64,000 bases of DNA from an uncultured Alphaproteobacteria bacterium (GCA_944390265.1 CALXPK010000069.1:7322-71321), one strand, 5' to 3'; numbered from the stretch's first letter, positions 9,401-19,226 are shown. Notes: generated from the sequence alone by a model not told the origin. Numbers and translations are program-made.

Positions 9401-10442
9401 CGCTTAAGCTATCGGCAACGCCATCAATTTGACCCAAATAGTCTTCAACCATGGCGGTTTGATCGGTCAAAACCGTTTCTATTTTATTGACGCTGCCATC
9501 AATTTTTTGGCTGATGGAATCGCAAGCATCAACCGCACTTTTGGCCGTTTCTTGCAATTTGGCGGTTTGCGCATCCAAAAGTTGGGCCACATTCTCCACA
9601 CTTTTGACGGTCAAATCGCCAAAATCGGCCAAAGTTTGGTTGGCTTTGCTAATCTTGGCCGCGTTGGCTTCCATCAAACTTTGAAAAAGTTGAGAAGATT
9701 GTTTTAATTCTTGGACGTTAGGGGTTATTTTTTCAAACAATTTTTGGCAGTTTTGTTCCATAATCTGCGCCGAGGCGGAAAAGTCGCCGACATAGCCTTT
9801 GAATGTTTCCGATGAGGCTTGCGCTCTTGAAGAAATATAGTCAAAATTTTCAACCAAAGTCTTAACCCCTTCGGTTAACTCAACAATGGTATGACTTGAA
9901 TAATTATCCAAAGTGCTGACCAATTTGGAAAAATCGTTCACACGGGCGCTTAATTCTTTTTTGATGATTTCGGTTTGTTGCATGGCGTGTTTGGTCACTT
10001 CTTGCAACTCGCCCACTTGAAAGCGGATGGCATCAGCCATGGCTTTGGCGGTTTGAGCTCCGCCTTCTTCCGGATAAACCAGCTGATTCATATAGGCGCG
10101 CAAAAATTTGGCTTCATTTTTAAAACTGGTGCCGCGGTCAATATAGGCCATGACCACCCAGATGATGGCCAGAGGCAAAGTTACACCGGCCAAGAATCCA
10201 CCAAACTCGTCCGGCATCATCAAAAACAAGTTGGACCAACCGAAAAACTGCGTAATATATATCAAAACAATGATAAACCATAAGATAGATATGCCTATCA
10301 TCAATCGGTTTAAGTTGTTGGCCAGCCAGGTGGAAGCCTGACCTTCTTCGTTGTAATCTATTTTGCTGTTTTCTGACATAAAGCCCGGAAGAGCTATGTT
10401 CTTTTTTGGTTGCGCCGTCGTATCAACTTGTTGATTTGACAT
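6438..10442 (-). CDS. Giant membrane-anchored coiled-coil protein (1334 aa)
   Basis: Two N-terminal hydrophobic helices (LMIGISILWFIIVLIYITQFFGW and FLAGVTLPLAIIWVVMAYI). About 1100 aa follow that are almost free of Pro and rich in N/S/Q/E/K with heptad-like spacing. The final ~130 aa are aromatic-rich (IWKKYYNGDTSAFVRYL...GKVYYILAKALDKLN). Confidence 0.85.
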   Translation of the reverse strand: MSNQQVDTTAQPKKNIALPGFMSENSKIDYNEEGQASTWLANNLNRLMIGISILWFIIVLIYITQFFGWSNLFLMMPDEFGGFLAGVTLPLAIIWVVMAYIDRGTSFKNEAKFLRAYMNQLVYPEEGGAQTAKAMADAIRFQVGELQEVTKHAMQQTEIIKKELSARVNDFSKLVSTLDNYSSHTIVELTEGVKTLVENFDYISSRAQASSETFKGYVGDFSASAQIMEQNCQKLFEKITPNVQELKQSSQLFQSLMEANAAKISKANQTLADFGDLTVKSVENVAQLLDAQTAKLQETAKSAVDACDSISQKIDGSVNKIETVLTDQTAMVEDYLGQIDGVADSLSERFSSQSKFLSSEVEKVASRANIIAETVGMQVQSLENIADKISTNIKSVETSVVNGKNNVAEMSENIIQNMENIVSKGEVCTQRLTALSEQNQANANSVAADINNQNETLQKISDGIMLNFKLLMQEFKNNIGTLQEQTDVAKGKLEAVTKVVQSNIDNLNEASSLVVAQSKVGENAIAQQQNNIEDMVKKIEAIKSELKYQIDELTRTSSFLGHEAGNMVENLKKQLSETFDTCNDIVSKTQAVNASLNEQAGQFNDKADQALGKVSRMESILSSQSQEMEKLIKSIAERSTVVAETMEKHAANVNIATANSENTIQRLNNSFAAQNENIGKIAEATVKYVADVVQTMDEKAENISLLFKQQENEFFSICDRLTENTDNMGNTLKKQVSVIEQSADKVFSRMTLLEEDVNKRVDAVVANTVKSIDKLAEVNQSISAQNNDVSKFIQEITDKMALISGTFRDNFQIFNNTVKDLTLSSDGFTASIMENCDKIKQANQNMVQESKNTVSVLDSHAQNIDTILSKTITQSDLMKESFERQRETLADIANTVSAQTRLGEASLAQQYKYLSDASTEVAERVNEINKNMKDGTDNILENSAKIAYEFNVLGDRLLKVNEDINKSSRESIKNVEQMNLSLSQLVDDFSSSVNKSSAKIATAMGDYEKYIANFNTVTAEASSGVFEINNLISSQSDKMIKISEDTKQLVECFNTVLNDTSVQLSNRANMAYDKVKGLGENLKTLSLQMEEASKMTTTNFENTGNKLRATITEIASNAERVSNEIRSSGEVFLKQSGVLVAAGDDTLKKVTDVMNVLNDSSSEFSSRGDELIKKSVAFSDIIGKQLKMMIETTQKAEKNLSDMEKRYENTQIDSFLKDAAYIIERLETVSVDINRIFNPNVEEEIWKKYYNGDTSAFVRYLAKNMTKQQILEIRKLYEKNMDFRNMVTKYLSDFETLLARARVNEHAGVLLSVISGADIGKVYYILAKALDKLN

Positions 10443-10481
10443 AAATATATTCCCTAATTTTTTTTAATTTTTCCCACTAAA

Positions 10482-10513
10482 GCAAATGATGCTATCCCCA
10501 TAGCAACATTTGC
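10482..10513 (-). other. Imperfect 14-bp hairpin in the 5' leader of the giant gene
   Basis: On the minus strand GCAAATGTTGCTAT-GGGG-ATAGCATCATTTGC, one mismatch, about 40 nt upstream of the ATG at 10442. Confidence 0.4.
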
Positions 10514-10595
10514 CTTGATGAGTTTATATTATTTTTTTTGATTTTTAAATATTAAAGTGGCGGATTAAAAGTTATCCACAACTTGGGTCAAAAGC

Positions 10596-12269
10596 TCAGA
10601 ATAAGCCCGTGATTCGGCCATTGTCATCGACGTCAATATTTTCGGCCGCCGGATGTTCGGGCAACCCCGGCATATCTAAGATATTGCCGGCATAGGCCAC
10701 CACAAATCCCGCTCCGGCCGACAAGGAAACATCGCGTATCGGCAAGGCATAATCATGCGGTGCATTGCGCAAGGCTTTGTCATGAGAGATGGAATTTTGG
10801 GTTTTGGCAATGCAAACGCAAAGCTCGCCGTAACCACGCTCAGAATAGGCTCTGATTTTTTGCAAAGCCAAATCGGAAAAATCGGCATATTTGGCGCGAT
10901 AAATTTCTTTGGCGATTTGGCTGATTTTGTCTTCTATCGGCTCTTCGGTCTGATACATATAATGAAACTCGTTGGGTTCATCACACATTTTGATAACCTC
11001 TTGTGCCAAATCTTCAACCCCTTTACCGCCTTTTTCCCAGCCTTCGCACAAAACAGCCTTAACGCCGATTTCCTCGGTTTTTTGCTTTAACAAGGCAATC
11101 TCTTCTGGCGTATCTGTGACAAATCTGTTGATGGCCACCACCACCGGAACCCCGAATTTTTGCATATTTTCAACATGAACACGCAAATTGTCAAAACCAT
11201 CATTCAAGGCGACCAAATTTTCTTCATTCAACTTGTCTTTTTCTATGCCGCCATGCATTTTTAAGGCGCGAATCGTGGCCACAATCACCACGGCAGACGG
11301 CGCAATATGACCTTGTCGGCACTTGATATCCATAAACTTTTCGGCCCCCAAATCAGCCCCAAAGCCGGCTTCGGTAACCACATAGTCGGCCAATTTCAAC
11401 GCAGTTTTGGTGGCAATCAGACTATTGCAGCCATGGGCAATGTTGGCAAAAGGGCCGCCATGCACCAAGGCCGGCGTGTGCTCCAAAGTTTGGACCAAAT
11501 TCGGCTTTAAGGCATCTTTCAAAACGGCGGCCATGGCTCCGACCGCGTTCAAATCGGCCGCGGTGACATATTTGCCTTTAAAATCTTTGGCAACCACAAT
11601 TTTGGACAAGCGGGCTTTCAAATCGGCAATATTTTCCGCCAAGCACAAAATGGCCATCACCTCACTTGCCACACTGATGCAAAATTGTGCCCTACGCTCA
11701 ACACCATTGATTTTGGCGCCTTGGGCAATGGTTATCTCTCGCAATGTGCGGTCGTTTAAGTCAAGACAACGTTTCCAGACAATTGTTTTTTCATCAATGC
11801 CCAATTTGTTGCCTTGATAAATGTGGTTATCAATTATGGTGGCGAGCAAGTTGTTGGCCGTGGTCACGGCATGAATATCGCCGGTGAAATGCAAATTTAT
11901 CTCTTCCATCGGGGCAATTTGCGAATAACCGCCGCCGGTGGCGCCGCCTTTGGTTCCAAAGCAAGGTCCCAAAGAGGGTTCACGCAAAGCGATGATGACA
12001 TTTTTATTTAATAGATGCAGCGCATCGCCCAAGCCGATGGAAACGGTGGATTTTCCCTCTCCGGCCGCGGTCGGGGTGATGGCCGTGACCAAAATCAATC
12101 GACCGTCATCAAAAGGAGAAGCTGCAATTTCTTGAAGTTTTTTATAGCCGATTTTGGCTTTATATTTACCGTAAAGCTCAATATCGTCAGCGGTCAAACC
12201 GATTGATTCGGCAATTTTTTCTATCGGCTCCAACGCGGTTTGTTGGGAAATTTCAATATCACTTAACAT
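10596..12269 (-). CDS. fhs: Formate--tetrahydrofolate ligase
   Basis: MLSDIEISQQ..., P-loop-like TPTAAGEGKSTVSIGL, and 557 aa from the ATG at 12269, which is preceded by GAGGGAG. The track ORF start at 12368 is a TTG in the same frame and is unlikely to be used. Confidence 0.95.
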   Translation of the reverse strand: MLSDIEISQQTALEPIEKIAESIGLTADDIELYGKYKAKIGYKKLQEIAASPFDDGRLILVTAITPTAAGEGKSTVSIGLGDALHLLNKNVIIALREPSLGPCFGTKGGATGGGYSQIAPMEEINLHFTGDIHAVTTANNLLATIIDNHIYQGNKLGIDEKTIVWKRCLDLNDRTLREITIAQGAKINGVERRAQFCISVASEVMAILCLAENIADLKARLSKIVVAKDFKGKYVTAADLNAVGAMAAVLKDALKPNLVQTLEHTPALVHGGPFANIAHGCNSLIATKTALKLADYVVTEAGFGADLGAEKFMDIKCRQGHIAPSAVVIVATIRALKMHGGIEKDKLNEENLVALNDGFDNLRVHVENMQKFGVPVVVAINRFVTDTPEEIALLKQKTEEIGVKAVLCEGWEKGGKGVEDLAQEVIKMCDEPNEFHYMYQTEEPIEDKISQIAKEIYRAKYADFSDLALQKIRAYSERGYGELCVCIAKTQNSISHDKALRNAPHDYALPIRDVSLSAGAGFVVAYAGNILDMPGLPEHPAAENIDVDDNGRITGLF

Positions 12270-12271
12270 CC

Positions 12272-12451
12272 CTATTCTCCCTCTTTTTTCTTCAACACAT
12301 ATTGCAACTTTTTCAAGGCTTGAATCTGCATTTCTTTTTCGCTCAAGCCGGCCGGCACAACCACGCAAACCTCGGTTTTGGTTTCCGGCTCGATGGCGCT
12401 GACTTTTATATATTGTCCCTGACGGACATATTCAAACAATATCTCAGACAT
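12272..12451 (-). CDS. Small conserved-looking protein (59 aa), below the ORF-track cutoff
   Basis: Hand translation: MSEILFEYVRQGQYIKVSAIEPETKTEVCVVVPAGLSEKEMQIQALKKLQYVLKKKEGE*. The stop TAG lies 2 nt before the fhs ATG. The pattern resembles, from memory, a small alphaproteobacterial family of the form ...F..vG..vkVsAiD..TgtEV.i.gP. No obvious SD sequence. Confidence 0.55.
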   Translation of the reverse strand: MSEILFEYVRQGQYIKVSAIEPETKTEVCVVVPAGLSEKEMQIQALKKLQYVLKKKEGE

Positions 12452-12460
12452 TTTTTTATC

Positions 12461-12489
12461 TAAAAAGCAAAAGCAGGCTTTGAGCCTGC
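12461..12489 (-). terminator. Intrinsic terminator after parC
   Basis: On the minus strand GCAGGCT-CAA-AGCCTGC followed by TTTTGCTTTTT, starting 6 nt after the parC stop. Confidence 0.6.
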
Positions 12490-12494
12490 CCTGC

Positions 12495-14726
12495 TTATTC
12501 CTTGTTTTCTTTCAAAAATTTGTTGTTTTTCGGGAAGCCGAACGGTGCCAGTTTTCCCACTTGCGCACGGTGTCCGAGCCAGGTCAATAACTCGGTTTCG
12601 GTCTTGGTTCCGCCGGCTCGATTATAGGTAAAGCCTTCGCTCTCGTTAAAGATTTGGATATCACTCAGGCCGCCGTCTTTGTATTTTTGCAAAGACACAC
12701 CCCGCCCTCTGGCCATGCTCGGGATTTCTTCTGCCTTAAAGACCAAAAGTTTGCGGTTATCGCCGATGACGGCTACCATATCGCCGTCCATCTTCTTACA
12801 GAACTTGGTATATTCGCCGTCTTCCAAGTTCATAATTTTGCGGCCGTTGCGGGTTTGCGCTAAGATGTGGTTTTCATCGACAATAAAGCCACGGCCGGTG
12901 TTGGAGGCAATCAGATATTTGGCTTTGGGGTCAAAGACAAACATTTCGGTAATATTATCATTAATGCCTAAATCAATCATCAATCTCAACGGTTGGCCAA
13001 AACCACGTCCGCAAGGAATCTCATTGGCGGGAATGGTGAAAAACTTGCCCGAAGTATCAAACAAAATGATTTTATCGGTGGTTTGGGCATGAAGGGCGGC
13101 AAGCAAAGCATCGTCATCTTTGAACTTGAAGTCCTCGCTTAAATTGCTATAGCCTTTCAGCGCTCTAATCCAGCCTTTTTGTGACAAAATCACGGTTATC
13201 GGCTCTTTTTCAATAAAGGCTTCAACCGGCACGTCTATCTCTTCGGAAACTTCGGCAAACTCGGTACGGCGTTTGCCCAAAGCGGTTTTTTTGCCAAATT
13301 TTTCTCTGGTTTGTTTGATTTCTTCGGCAATGGCTTCCCAGCGTTTGTGTTCATCAGAAAGCAATGCTTCCAGCTCGCCTTTTTCAGCTGACAAATCATC
13401 ATATTCTTTGCGGATTTCCATTTCTTCCAGCTTGCGCAAAGAACGCAATTTCATATTCAAAATGGCTTCGGCCTGATTATCGGTCAGCTCAAATTTTTTC
13501 ATCAACTCGGCTTTGGGGTCATCTTCTTCACGGATAATTCGAATCACTTCATCCAAGTTGAGATAAGCAATCAAGTAGCCGCTCAAAAGTTCCATTCTTG
13601 CCAAAATTTTGTTCAAGCGGAAGTTCGCGCGGCGCTTTAAGACATTGTGCCTATGGTTCAAAAACTCTGACAAAACTTCCTTAATGCTCATCACTCTCGG
13701 CACGGTGTCAGAATCAAGCACATTCATATTCATGGTGAAGCGGACTTCCAAGTCGGTCTGCTTGAACAGATGCTCCATCAGCAAAGCGGCATCAACGGTT
13801 CTGTTCTTGGGTTCCAGCACAATGCGCACATCGTGAGAAGATTCATCTCTGATGTCATTTAACATCGGGAGTTTCTTTTCCATCAACAGGGAAGCAATCT
13901 TTTCAATCAGCTTAGACTTAATCACCTGATAAGGAATTTCGGTTACCACAATTTGATATTGACCGTGGCCTAGGTCTTCTTTCTCCCATTTGGCACGAAT
14001 GCGGAAAGTGCCTCGACCTTGGGTATACGCATCCAAAATGGTGGAAAATTTATCAATAATCACGCCGCCGGTCGGAAAATCAGGTCCCTTAATTCTTTTG
14101 ACCAGAGGTTCCATGCCGCAATCGGGATTTTCAATCAAATAAAGCAGCGCATCGCAGACTTCACTCAAGTTGTGCGGCGGAATATTTGTAGCCATACCGA
14201 CGGCAATACCGACCGAGCCGTTACACAACAAGTTCGGCACCATGGAAGGCATAACAACCGGTTCACTCTCCTCACCGTCATAAGTATCACGAAAATCGAC
14301 GGCATCTTCGTTCAAGCCTTCCATCATGGCGATGGCAAACTCGGTTAATCTGGCTTCGGTATAACGCATGGCGGCGGCACCGTCTCCGTCAATATTACCA
14401 AAGTTGCCTTGCCCGTCTACCAGCGGATAGCGCACCGAAAAGTCTTGTGCCAAACGCACCATGGCGCCATATACCGCCGTATCACCATGCGGGTGATATT
14501 TACCAATCACATCACCGACCACACGGGCGCATTTCTTAAAGCCGGATTTGGGGTCCAAGTGCAACTGGCGCATGGCATAAAGCAAGCGGCGGTGCACCGG
14601 TTTCAACCCGTCTCTGACATCCGGCAAAGCGCGGTCGACAATGGTGGACATGGCATAAGACAAATAGCGGTTGCTTAACTCTTCCGCCAAGTGAACGTCT
14701 TTGATTTTTTCTTCAACTGCTTCCAT
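12495..14726 (-). CDS. parC: DNA topoisomerase IV subunit A
   Basis: [22 protein letters not shown], the catalytic-Tyr region [10 protein letters not shown], and the alpha-type [16 protein letters not shown]. Its 743 aa is shorter than GyrA. Confidence 0.9.
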   Translation of the reverse strand: MEAVEEKIKDVHLAEELSNRYLSYAMSTIVDRALPDVRDGLKPVHRRLLYAMRQLHLDPKSGFKKCARVVGDVIGKYHPHGDTAVYGAMVRLAQDFSVRYPLVDGQGNFGNIDGDGAAAMRYTEARLTEFAIAMMEGLNEDAVDFRDTYDGEESEPVVMPSMVPNLLCNGSVGIAVGMATNIPPHNLSEVCDALLYLIENPDCGMEPLVKRIKGPDFPTGGVIIDKFSTILDAYTQGRGTFRIRAKWEKEDLGHGQYQIVVTEIPYQVIKSKLIEKIASLLMEKKLPMLNDIRDESSHDVRIVLEPKNRTVDAALLMEHLFKQTDLEVRFTMNMNVLDSDTVPRVMSIKEVLSEFLNHRHNVLKRRANFRLNKILARMELLSGYLIAYLNLDEVIRIIREEDDPKAELMKKFELTDNQAEAILNMKLRSLRKLEEMEIRKEYDDLSAEKGELEALLSDEHKRWEAIAEEIKQTREKFGKKTALGKRRTEFAEVSEEIDVPVEAFIEKEPITVILSQKGWIRALKGYSNLSEDFKFKDDDALLAALHAQTTDKIILFDTSGKFFTIPANEIPCGRGFGQPLRLMIDLGINDNITEMFVFDPKAKYLIASNTGRGFIVDENHILAQTRNGRKIMNLEDGEYTKFCKKMDGDMVAVIGDNRKLLVFKAEEIPSMARGRGVSLQKYKDGGLSDIQIFNESEGFTYNRAGGTKTETELLTWLGHRAQVGKLAPFGFPKNNKFLKENKE

Positions 14727-14737
14727 AATTTTTTCCG

Positions 14738-15454
14738 TTATAACTCTAAATTTTCAAGCAAATTAGCACGATTTGGCGGCAATTTCAAGCCGTGAGTTTG
14801 AAAAAAGTTCTTGTTCAAAAAAAACTCGGTCATTTTGAGCAAATCCCTTATTTCTTCTGGGCTTGGCTCATAATTTTGCTCCACGATAAACTGTGGAAAA
14901 CTAAACAATCTGTCCTTATAGGGCGCGCCGGCTTCAGCGCATACCGCCTTGCCGGTTTTGGGTGAAACATAGCGCAGATTTTCGGTCGTACCGGTGGCCG
15001 AACACTCACTCAAATCAAGCGATATGCCCAAAAAGTCCAACAGATGAAACTCAAAAAAAGCATAATTGGCCAGCCAATTTTTTTGATTTATCAGCCCGAA
15101 AAAGCTCTCGATATAGTAATATAACCTATCCAAGGCCAACTGCTCGGGCATGCAGATATTGCACAAGCCGCACATTGCCGCCAGAGTTTCCAATTTGGGC
15201 ATTTCGGCAATGAAATTGACGGCATCGGGGCTTATCAGCTCCACCCTCAAACTCAGCATATTTTCATCAACACGGGCATAAGCCTCAAAGCTGACCTTAT
15301 TGCCCAGCTGATAAACCCCTAAGTTTTTTTTGGTCAGGGCATTTTTGACAAAACCTACGACCTTGCCATGCTCTTTGCTGACAATACTCAAAATGGCCGA
15401 GCTTTCGCCGTGCCTTTTCACATTGACAATATAGCCTTCGTCGCTGAATTTCAT
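14738..15454 (-). CDS. recO: DNA repair protein RecO
   Basis: N-terminal OB-fold pattern [33 protein letters not shown], 238 aa, and a conserved position. Confidence 0.8.
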   Translation of the reverse strand: MKFSDEGYIVNVKRHGESSAILSIVSKEHGKVVGFVKNALTKKNLGVYQLGNKVSFEAYARVDENMLSLRVELISPDAVNFIAEMPKLETLAAMCGLCNICMPEQLALDRLYYYIESFFGLINQKNWLANYAFFEFHLLDFLGISLDLSECSATGTTENLRYVSPKTGKAVCAEAGAPYKDRLFSFPQFIVEQNYEPSPEEIRDLLKMTEFFLNKNFFQTHGLKLPPNRANLLENLEL

Positions 15455-15457
15455 CTC

Positions 15458-16303
15458 TTAATAGGGTTTTACCATTTCTTTGGTGATTTTGTCATAAGCC
15501 ATCAGCTCGGAAATCACCTTTTTCATATCTTTCAATGCAATGGTGTTGGGACCGTCCGACAAAGCCTTATCGGGGTTATCATGGGTTTCCATAAACACGG
15601 CGGCAACACCCACAGCCACGGCTGCTCTGGCCAAAACCGGTGCAAATTCTCTTTGACCGCCGGTACTTGCCCCCATTCCGCCGGGTTGTTGCACGGCATG
15701 GGTGGCATCCATAATCACCGGACAGCCGGTATCGTTTGCCATTTGCGGAAAACCTCTCATATCGGTGACCAAGGTATTGTAGCCAAATGAGGCGCCGCGC
15801 TCAGTCAGGCAGACATTATGGTTGCCGGAATCATCGCATTTTTTGACAATATTTTTCATATCCCAAGGGGCTAAAAACTGGCCTTTTTTGATATTAACCA
15901 CCTTGCCGGTTTTGGCGGCGGCCACGACCAAATCGGTCTGGCGGCACAAAAATGCCGGAATTTGCAACATATCAACGTGCTGAGCGGCTATCGCACACTG
16001 CTCTTTTTCGTGAATGTCGGTGACAATCGGCAAATCGGGAAAGCGTTTTTTGATGTCATCAAAAGTTCTCATGCCTTCTTCCAAGCCCACGCCTCTGGCC
16101 CCGTTAATCGAGGTGCGGTTGGCTTTGTCAAAAGAGGCTTTGAAAATATAATTAATGCCAAGCTCGCGCGTGATTTTGACCATTTCTTCGGCAATCATCA
16201 GGGCATGGTCGTGGCTCTCAATTTGGCACGGGCCGGCAATGATGGCTAAAGGCAGATTGTTGGCGATGGCAAATTTTCCGATTTTGATTGTTCTTTGTTG
16301 CAT
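15458..16303 (-). CDS. kdsA: 3-deoxy-8-phosphooctulonate synthase
   Basis: IAGPCQIES, KASFDKANRTS, and DATHAVQQPGG. I chose the ATG at 16303, which has an AAGGA ribosome-binding site. Confidence 0.9.
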   Translation of the reverse strand: MQQRTIKIGKFAIANNLPLAIIAGPCQIESHDHALMIAEEMVKITRELGINYIFKASFDKANRTSINGARGVGLEEGMRTFDDIKKRFPDLPIVTDIHEKEQCAIAAQHVDMLQIPAFLCRQTDLVVAAAKTGKVVNIKKGQFLAPWDMKNIVKKCDDSGNHNVCLTERGASFGYNTLVTDMRGFPQMANDTGCPVIMDATHAVQQPGGMGASTGGQREFAPVLARAAVAVGVAAVFMETHDNPDKALSDGPNTIALKDMKKVISELMAYDKITKEMVKPY

Positions 16304-16382
16304 TCTTCTTTTTCCTTGAAAGTTTGTACAATATATTTTGCTTAGCAAAAAACTCTTATCTTCGCAACGTTTTTCCGCAACT

Positions 16383-16428
16383 TAAAAACAAAAAACCGCC
16401 TCGGAGATATTTCTCTTTCGGCGGTTTT
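16383..16428 (-). terminator. Intrinsic terminator after ORF 16441..17394
   Basis: On the minus strand AAAACCGCC-loop-GGCGGTTTT followed by TTTTTGTTTTT. Confidence 0.6.
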
Positions 16429-16440
16429 GGCTAACTACAA

Positions 16441-17394
16441 CTAAATTTTGAACAAATGTTTCAAATAAGCCTGATGTTTCTCAATCAGATTTTCGACATA
16501 GGTTTTTCTGTCCGGCTCTTTGCCCTGCGCCTCGTTGGCTTGGGGCTGTCTGGCAACGTAAAAACCGGCTGAGAATATGACCCCGCGGCGCAGTTCTTCA
16601 ACCTTTTGACGTATTTGGGTATAGCGGCTTTGCGACGTGATAACCAACACTCTTTTGTTGGACACGGCTTCGGCGATATCCATTACACCCAATTGGGCAA
16701 AAAATGATATGTCGTCAACACATAAGGCACTCAGCAACCTGATGATATTTCTCTTTTCACTTTGTTCATTTTCAGAACATTGGATATATACTTTGGGAGA
16801 GATATCATGACGGAGTTTTATCTCTTGATAAATATAGGCCGCATTGACCAAAATTTGCAAATCTTCCACCGTCGGAATCAGCAAGACATCAAACGGCATA
16901 ATGTTTTTATAATAGCTTGATATGCCTTCTTTGGAGGCGTTTTTCTCTTTCAAAACCCGAACTCTGGAAGCATAGTGGCGACCGATTGCAAAATCTACCA
17001 TCAATTGAATATAGTCCGTATCATAATCGGGACGTACCAAAGCCAACTTTTTGATAAAGTTCGGCCTTTCTTCAATTAATCGGGAATAATACAATTTATC
17101 GGCAATCAACATTCCGCTTCCCGGCAAATCCAGCGCCGAAATTTGGTCAATGAAGTTTTGAACCTGTTCCGGCGTTGGCTTTGAACATAAGTCCATGTCC
17201 AAATTGTAGGTGTTGTAAAAAGAATGCTTTTCCCTGATTTCTTGAGCAATTTTTGTGCTTAATTCATCTTTGCCTTTTATCAGAAATGTCATATTCTTAA
17301 ATCTGGTGTCCATTCTGAAATCAAAACAATCTGAAAAATTTTGCACCTCTGCTTGTGTTTTACAAACATTGTCCATAGCTTTTAATGTACACAT
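16441..17394 (-). CDS. Hypothetical protein (317 aa)
   Basis: Long ORF between pyrG and kdsA, bracketed by terminators on both sides. No motif recognised. The true start may be the Met at codon 7 or 28. Confidence 0.55.
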   Translation of the reverse strand: MCTLKAMDNVCKTQAEVQNFSDCFDFRMDTRFKNMTFLIKGKDELSTKIAQEIREKHSFYNTYNLDMDLCSKPTPEQVQNFIDQISALDLPGSGMLIADKLYYSRLIEERPNFIKKLALVRPDYDTDYIQLMVDFAIGRHYASRVRVLKEKNASKEGISSYYKNIMPFDVLLIPTVEDLQILVNAAYIYQEIKLRHDISPKVYIQCSENEQSEKRNIIRLLSALCVDDISFFAQLGVMDIAEAVSNKRVLVITSQSRYTQIRQKVEELRRGVIFSAGFYVARQPQANEAQGKEPDRKTYVENLIEKHQAYLKHLFKI

Positions 17395-17462
17395 AGTCTT
17401 AAATTTAAGTTAATAATAAATAAAGTGCCTTTTTTATAGCACGCTTTTTTCAGATTGCAACA

Positions 17463-17504
17463 AATATAAAAAACAAGCTCCTCAAAATTGTTGAAGAGCT
17501 TGTT
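17463..17504 (-). terminator. Intrinsic terminator after pyrG
   Basis: On the minus strand AACAAGCTCTTCAA-loop-TTGAGGAGCTTGTT (one mismatch) followed by TTTTTTATATTT. Confidence 0.65.
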
Positions 17505-17514
17505 TTGGCTTTTT

Positions 17515-19152
17515 TTATTTTTTATTTTGTTTGTCAATTGCCGCTTTGACAAAAGATACAAACAACGGATGCGGATCAAACGGTTTGGACTTCAATTCGG
17601 GGTGGAACTGAACACCGATGAACCATGGATGCGCCGGAATTTCAACAATTTCAGGCAATCTGCCGTCCGGAGATTTTCCGGTGATGACCATGCCGGCATC
17701 GTTCAATTGTTTTTCATATTTGATATTAACCTCATAACGATGACGATGGCGCTCAGAAATTTTATCGGTGCCGTAAATTTTGCGAACCAAAGAATCTTTG
17801 GCCAAAATGCAAGGATAAGCGCCCAAGCGCATGGTGCCGCCCAAATCTCCGTCTTGGGTGCGTTTTTCTTTGTCACCGTCTTTTTCCCATTCGGTCATCA
17901 GGCCGACAACCGGTTCACAATTGGGGTTCAACTCGGTGGTATAGGCATTGGCAACGCCTGCTACATCGCGCATGGTTTCAATTACGGCCATTTGCATACC
18001 ATAGCAAATGCCCAAGAACGGAATGTTGTTTTCACGGGCATATTTCACGGCTTCAATCTTACCATTGGTACCACGTTGACCAAAGCCGCCCGGAACCAAA
18101 ATGCCGGAAACATCGGACAAATAAATATCCGGTTCGCTCTTTTCCAACAACTCGGAGTCGACCCATTTGATTTTGACTTTATATTTATTGGCAATGCCGC
18201 CATGAACCAAAGCCTCGTGGATGGACTTATATGCCTCCAAAAGCTGCATATATTTGCCGACCACGGCAATTTTAACCTCACCTGCCGGATGACGAATGAT
18301 ATCAACAATTTTTTCCCATTTGCTCAAATCAGGATCACCGTCACACTCAATGCCGAAGTGTTTGCAAACTTGTCTGTCCATGCCTTCATGAGAATAAGCC
18401 ACCGGCACTTGATAGATGTTGTCTACATCCAAAGCGGCAATCACATTCTCTTCTCTGATGTTGCAGAACAAAGCAATTTTTTTCTTTTCATTTTGCGGAA
18501 TCGGGCATTGAGAACGGCAAAGCACCATATCGGGCTGGATTCCGTATTCTTGCAATTTTTTAACCGAGTGTTGGGTCGGTTTGGTTTTGAGCTCACCTGC
18601 GGTCGGAATATACGGCAGCAAGGTCACGTGAATGAACATGGCTCTGTCACGCCCCAAATCATAAGCCACCTGACGAATGGCTTCCAAGAAAGGTTGGCCT
18701 TCAATATCACCCACCGTACCGCCGATTTCGCACAAAACAAAATCTTCATCGCTGATGTCTGACAAAATGAAGTCTTTAATCTCGTTGGTCACATGCGGGA
18801 CAACCTGAATGGTGGCGCCCAAATAATCACCATGACGCTCTTTATCAATCACGCGTTGATAGATTTTGCCGGATGTGATGCTGTCGGTTTTGTGACAGGC
18901 CACACCGGAAAAACGTTCATAGTGACCCAAATCCAAGTCAGTTTCGGCACCATCATCGGTCACATAAACTTCACCGTGTTGATACGGGCTCATGGTTCCG
19001 GGGTCGACGTTCAAATACGGGTCCAACTTTCTCATGCGAACCTTGAAGCCTCTGGCTTGCAAAATGGATGCCAAGGAAGCTGATGCCAATCCCTTTCCTA
19101 AGGAAGAAACAACACCTCCGGTGATGAATATAAATTTTGTTTTATCAGACAT
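17515..19152 (-). CDS. pyrG: CTP synthase
   Basis: [16 protein letters not shown], the glutamine amidotransferase Cys in GICYGMQ, and 545 aa. Confidence 0.97.
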   Translation of the reverse strand: MSDKTKFIFITGGVVSSLGKGLASASLASILQARGFKVRMRKLDPYLNVDPGTMSPYQHGEVYVTDDGAETDLDLGHYERFSGVACHKTDSITSGKIYQRVIDKERHGDYLGATIQVVPHVTNEIKDFILSDISDEDFVLCEIGGTVGDIEGQPFLEAIRQVAYDLGRDRAMFIHVTLLPYIPTAGELKTKPTQHSVKKLQEYGIQPDMVLCRSQCPIPQNEKKKIALFCNIREENVIAALDVDNIYQVPVAYSHEGMDRQVCKHFGIECDGDPDLSKWEKIVDIIRHPAGEVKIAVVGKYMQLLEAYKSIHEALVHGGIANKYKVKIKWVDSELLEKSEPDIYLSDVSGILVPGGFGQRGTNGKIEAVKYARENNIPFLGICYGMQMAVIETMRDVAGVANAYTTELNPNCEPVVGLMTEWEKDGDKEKRTQDGDLGGTMRLGAYPCILAKDSLVRKIYGTDKISERHRHRYEVNIKYEKQLNDAGMVITGKSPDGRLPEIVEIPAHPWFIGVQFHPELKSKPFDPHPLFVSFVKAAIDKQNKK

Positions 19153-19176
19153 TTTTGTTCCTTAATTTAAAGTGAG

Positions 19177-19207
19177 AGAGGCACCTTCCTTGAAAAAAGG
19201 TGCCTCT
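19177..19207 (-). other. Perfect 11-bp stem-loop between secG and pyrG
   Basis: AGAGGCACCTT-9 nt-AAGGTGCCTCT. No clean U-tract follows on the minus strand, so this may be an mRNA processing or stability element or a weak attenuator. Confidence 0.45.
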
Positions 19208-19226
19208 ATGTTGATTAAATGCTTCA

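Noticed and set aside
17488-18762. 424-aa plus-strand ORF antisense to pyrG. Similar long antisense ORFs occur at 20589..21953 (454 aa, opposite ppiD), 52269..53306 (345 aa, opposite cdr), 53337..53984, 61641..62738 (365 aa, opposite mfd) and 5149..5823 (opposite dusB).
   Set aside because: For pyrG and ppiD I checked that the antisense ORF is in the codon-aligned antisense frame of a confidently identified gene (same coordinate modulo 3). The translations are low-complexity (G/F/H/N/I-rich) with no motifs. Long ORFs in that frame are expected when the sense gene avoids TTA, CTA and TCA codons. I treat all of these as shadow ORFs.
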